Shown: piece by piece, positions 60,367 to 64,000 of the stretch | How the letters are laid out: the number at the start of each line of letters is the position of its first letter | Numbering within the stretch: the first letter of the stretch is position 1 | NCBI GenBank assembly: GCA_002499705.1 | Contig: DAMU01000036.1 | Coordinates: 7,314 to 71,313, forward strand | Direction: 5' to 3' | DNA length: 64,000 nt | Origin: Euryarchaeota archaeon UBA91 | GTDB taxonomy: Archaea; Thermoplasmatota; Poseidoniia; Poseidoniales; Poseidoniaceae | The notes under the pieces: generated by a model | What the model saw: only the letters and a program-made list of their open reading frames with translations | The model's database searches: none | Told to the model about the DNA's origin: nothing | Translations under genes and position numbers: made by a program

Positions 60367-61284
60367 GTGATTGGTGGGGCTATGAACGACTTACTTCTCA
60401 CACATCCTTTCTCAGATGTCAAAAAGAGAATTCTTGAACTATCAGAGCAGATTAAAGTTGCAGACATGGTCCACATTCACGCCTCTGCTGACTTGTCAGG
60501 CCTTCTCGCATTGTCGATGTTGGAATCCGCATTTCTCGATACTGGCATAAAATATCGACGTCGTTTCTTACCATCAGACCAGCACATCCCTCGAGACGAA
60601 CGCTTACAACCAGAACTTCCAAAAGAAGGTTTACTGATTTTTATCGCACCTTTTGAAGATACATGGACACTGGAGGAACTGCCTCCAACCAAATATATCC
60701 ACATTACACCGTTATCTGTTTCTGTACGATTAGGCTCGAAACAATCTGAACGCCGAGGTGCATTGGATGTGGTTGCACAGTGCGCTGCTCTTGCTGCCCA
60801 GATGGCACCGAATGGACAGAAAGTTCGACTTTTGCGCCCATTTGCGGCTACCGGCCTCTGGTTGCGAGAAGCATTGGACACGACTTTTGACCCAATTCAT
60901 ACTGCCGTGCGAGACCATTTGCGCGAAGAAGGCTCGTTCAGGGTGGTCCCTCTTCCTGAAGTCCCCTCTCCGGCTTCAGGTATGATACCGGGCCTTTCTG
61001 AGCGGATGTCATCACGATTGCAAAAAGGCTGGTTGAAAATGGATATTGATACACGCTCCTCAGCTTTGAGTGAATTGATTCTCCCAACGTTAACAGATTC
61101 ATCTTTGTCTACTCCACGGCTTGAGGAACTGGTGTGGCATCGTCTAATGATTGGAACTTCTGATGTTGATGTAATGAGTCAGATTTTTTTGGCGGAAAAA
61201 GCGTGGCCTGAGGAATCATCTGATGCTAAAATCCATTCCTCTAAATTAGCAGATTTCTTCCTCAAAACCGGACATCTTGTTTAG
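60367..61284 (+). CDS. Degenerate DHH/RecJ-like protein, probably catalytically inactive
   Basis: Occupies the usual post-rps15 position of the archaeal DHH gene; VHIHASADLSGLLALSML...GIKYRRRF resembles motif I (HxDxDG) but lacks the canonical acidic/His spacing; no DHH triad. Confidence 0.55.
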   Translation: MIGGAMNDLLLTHPFSDVKKRILELSEQIKVADMVHIHASADLSGLLALSMLESAFLDTGIKYRRRFLPSDQHIPRDERLQPELPKEGLLIFIAPFEDTWTLEELPPTKYIHITPLSVSVRLGSKQSERRGALDVVAQCAALAAQMAPNGQKVRLLRPFAATGLWLREALDTTFDPIHTAVRDHLREEGSFRVVPLPEVPSPASGMIPGLSERMSSRLQKGWLKMDIDTRSSALSELILPTLTDSSLSTPRLEELVWHRLMIGTSDVDVMSQIFLAEKAWPEESSDAKIHSSKLADFFLKTGHLV

Positions 61285-61330
61285 TGTGGGCAATCGACGG
61301 GTTGAAACCTCATAACATACTGGGATATTC

Positions 61331-61681
61331 ATGGCCATTGAAAGATTGCTTACTGGTAGCATCCGAGATCAAGTACAAGATTTGATGTCAACAGAAGATT
61401 TGGTTATCGAAGCATTTCGAGACCTGGTCAAAGATGAACTCAAATCACATATCCGCAGTAAAGTCGACGAAGACCCTGAATTGAAAGCCGAGATTAAGGA
61501 AGCAGTCGCCTATTATTTCCATACAAAGGCACGAACAATTTACGCTGAACTCAAAGCAACCCGTGCTGCTACTCGTCTTGGCTTGCGACTTTTACCAGAT
61601 GACTTGCAAGGAGAAGTAGGTGAAGCGGTTGTCTCTCTTTTCGAGAAGGAACTTGGTGCTTTACTTGAGAAGGCACTTTGA
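61331..61681 (+). CDS. Hypothetical helical protein
   Basis: 116-aa ORF with a TTGAAA box 23 nt upstream. Confidence 0.65.
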   Translation: MAIERLLTGSIRDQVQDLMSTEDLVIEAFRDLVKDELKSHIRSKVDEDPELKAEIKEAVAYYFHTKARTIYAELKATRAATRLGLRLLPDDLQGEVGEAVVSLFEKELGALLEKAL

Positions 61682-61750
61682 TTCAATTTATGGACGCCAA
61701 AGCGCTTCTATTATGTGCCATGCGCGCTGGGTTGAGCCGTAGGTGAACTC

Positions 61751-63790
61751 ATGACGGCACGTCCATTCTTGTTTGTGTTGATTTTTATCGCCTCGCTGAT
61801 GTCGCCTTTGACGGAATCATTCATCGATACTGCGAAGGCTGAAGAGGTGGTGGTCTGCTGTGATTCTGCTGATGTAGAACTCCACTTGCTTGGTTCTGCC
61901 TCATCAGGAACGATGTCTCCTTTTTCACAGGACTTGACAGATACAACTTCAACTGCAACGATAGCAAATGCTGTCACTTCTGAGGAAACTGTCGGGAAGT
62001 GGGTTTTGCCGAACGTTTGGCCTGGAACCATCCCTGCAAATACATGGCAAGTTGCAATCAAGTACGAAGTAACCGATGCTGCAAGTGCACAAGTCAATGC
62101 CACTGCGACTCTGAAGATTGGTAGTCAAACATTCAGCGCTTCAACCGAGCCAGGGAGTTCTTTTTTGGCTCAAGGTCAGGGGACGCTGATCTTTGATATC
62201 GACGTTGATACAACCTCGATTTCAGATAATGGTGCTATCGAACTTACACTTTCTGCACGCTCGGTGGTTTTTTCTTTGCCAACTGGTGATGCGAAGTTAG
62301 AGTTTTTATGGGGTTCTGAAGACAGTGACTCTACTGTAGAAGCTGAGATTCCATTGTTCGATTTAACATTACTCGAACCTGAAGTTGAGGGCTCCGAAGT
62401 TTACTTTTCGGTCGTCATTGATTCGAACTGGGGGATGGATATGCTCTCAAAGTCCGAGTCTCTTGAAATCTTGGTTGGCGGTACAGCTCTTACAGGTGAC
62501 CCTATTGAGACGACATCAGGCAGTGGAGTGCGAGTCACTTGGACATGGGACGGTGCAAAGGGAGGAATCGAAACGGTAACTGTTGAGACGCGTTTCATTC
62601 TTGAAGTAGGGGATTCAGCACTCACAGGTTCGACAAGTTTTGAAATTGAAACTTTTGATTCATCCGGTGGAACAGGAACCTATTATCCTCCTGAGGAACC
62701 ACTCAAAACGAATGGCGACGGTAGTCCGTTAACAGTTACGGGGACATTCTCGTTGGATTCATCGAACAGCGTGCTTGAATTTGATCGTGTTACCCGAATT
62801 GAAATTGGTGGTGAAATGGCGTTTTGGATGCGCTGGGGAATGGACCACTTAGGAGATGAAGTCACCTCGCTTTCACTTCCTTTGAAAAGTTTTGACGCCG
62901 GCAGCGTTACCGATGAAGAACGTGTCAGTCGAACAATCGAACAAATCGAAGTCAGTGAGTTTGAACGACAAATGTCAAATTCAGGATTAGCAACCTACTA
63001 TCTTGGAGTTGGGCTGGGTTTTGATGTTAGTAATCTGTTAGGTGCAGATGCTAAGGATTTTTCTTCGTTCTCAATAAAACTCGACCTTAACGGCCAATCA
63101 GATGTTGTCAACCATCCGGTAACATTGGTGGTTTCAACTTCCATTGACTTTGAAAGTGGCGAGAATACTGAACTCCTAGCGGATTTTATGAATGCACAAC
63201 CTGCGAAACTCTGGAGTGATTGCACCCTTTCACTACGTGGAACCACTTCGGCAATGGCTTCATTTATCGTTCCAAACCTCAATCCATCGGACGTTGTTTC
63301 GATCAGTCGCCTCCGCTTCCCATGGGGGGAAACACTCGAACTCAAGGGTGAGGGTATAACCCAAGATGACAAATTTACCTTTTCAGTCACGCCAGTTAAT
63401 TCACCACTCGATAGTCCATTACCTCTGTTTTTGATTGTCACACTTGGTCTTCTGTTAGGCTTTGTATTCGCTTTGAAGTTTGCAAAAATGCGACAAAAGA
63501 AATTACTCTATGTTGAACTCATTCTTGTTCCGTTAGTACTCATCATCCACGTCTTAGGATTCGTCTCTGTATTTGTAGGTGGGGCAGTTGGTACGGTAAT
63601 CCTGATTTGGTGGGTTACTGCCATAACAAGTCCTCGTTCGAGAACGGATTTGGTTGAGGAAGCATTACAATTGACCACACCGGTCATTCCTTGCCCAGCT
63701 TGCGGAACGCCCAACCCAGTTGTCAGTCAAGAACGCCCACTTCGATTTGCCTGCGTAGGTTGCGAACGTGTCATCAAAATTGTCGCTTAA
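61751..63790 (+). CDS. Secreted-domain membrane protein with 3 C-terminal TM helices and terminal zinc ribbon
   Basis: SD GGTGA; signal peptide; beta-rich body; three TM helices; CPACG...CVGC. Confidence 0.75.
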   Translation: MTARPFLFVLIFIASLMSPLTESFIDTAKAEEVVVCCDSADVELHLLGSASSGTMSPFSQDLTDTTSTATIANAVTSEETVGKWVLPNVWPGTIPANTWQVAIKYEVTDAASAQVNATATLKIGSQTFSASTEPGSSFLAQGQGTLIFDIDVDTTSISDNGAIELTLSARSVVFSLPTGDAKLEFLWGSEDSDSTVEAEIPLFDLTLLEPEVEGSEVYFSVVIDSNWGMDMLSKSESLEILVGGTALTGDPIETTSGSGVRVTWTWDGAKGGIETVTVETRFILEVGDSALTGSTSFEIETFDSSGGTGTYYPPEEPLKTNGDGSPLTVTGTFSLDSSNSVLEFDRVTRIEIGGEMAFWMRWGMDHLGDEVTSLSLPLKSFDAGSVTDEERVSRTIEQIEVSEFERQMSNSGLATYYLGVGLGFDVSNLLGADAKDFSSFSIKLDLNGQSDVVNHPVTLVVSTSIDFESGENTELLADFMNAQPAKLWSDCTLSLRGTTSAMASFIVPNLNPSDVVSISRLRFPWGETLELKGEGITQDDKFTFSVTPVNSPLDSPLPLFLIVTLGLLLGFVFALKFAKMRQKKLLYVELILVPLVLIIHVLGFVSVFVGGAVGTVILIWWVTAITSPRSRTDLVEEALQLTTPVIPCPACGTPNPVVSQERPLRFACVGCERVIKIVA

Positions 63791-64000
63791 TCAAAGTTTA
63801 AGTCCTTTGAGAGAGTCAACAAGTGAAGTAGCCTGTTGATAATCTGATGGTGAGAAATAGCCGACAAATTCACCTTCCTCTTCTACAGCAATCACGGCTT
63901 GAGGTGCTCTCTTGGCAACATTATCTAAGACTGATTTGAGGGTTTCTGAAAGTTTGACCTCTAAAAAATCCATTTCCATCCATTCGGAGCATTTGACAGC
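63791..64000 (-). CDS. C-terminal CBS-like domain of a gene starting beyond the window
   Basis: Frame is open to the edge: AVKCSEWMEMDFLEVKLSETLKSVLDNV...VIAVEEEGEFVGYFSPSDY, a CBS-like pattern. Confidence 0.55.
   Translation of the reverse strand, partial: AVKCSEWMEMDFLEVKLSETLKSVLDNVAKRAPQAVIAVEEEGEFVGYFSPSDYQQATSLVDSLKGLKL

Overview
Archaeal chromosomal DNA, most likely from a Marine Group II euryarchaeote (Poseidoniales). This rests on carS, an archaeal uS15, an ArcS-like gene, an archaeal-type tRNA-Ile2(CAU), class III signal-peptide pilins and very acidic giant surface proteins; the taxonomy is inferred, not searched. The window is gene-dense, and I see no CRISPR array, rRNA, transposase or integrase. 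Housekeeping genes (HD dNTPase, carS, purD, dnaJ, arcS, rps15) are interleaved with a large cell-envelope gene set. That set includes a ~3,190-aa AglB/STT3 oligosaccharyltransferase with an extra N-terminal membrane module, a huge beta-rich extension and a second C-terminal anchor. It also includes a membrane-anchored subtilase, a 1,462-aa beta-helix protein, a wHTH-STAND-TPR regulator, a three-gene pilin-like operon, a 1,917-aa Ca-binding-repeat protein, an 1,811-aa surface protein and a TSP3-repeat beta-propeller protein. Most notable: (1) unrelated single-pass surface proteins share a short cytoplasmic PPLPPxGLPxGWTxEQWxx[FY]GxDY tail, suggesting a dedicated docking or sorting system; (2) the doubly anchored giant AglB; (3) a membrane-anchored tandem OB-fold protein missed by the ORF track; (4) a recurring non-canonical TT[GC]AAA TATA-like box 22-24 nt before start codons. 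All functional calls come from motifs read by eye.
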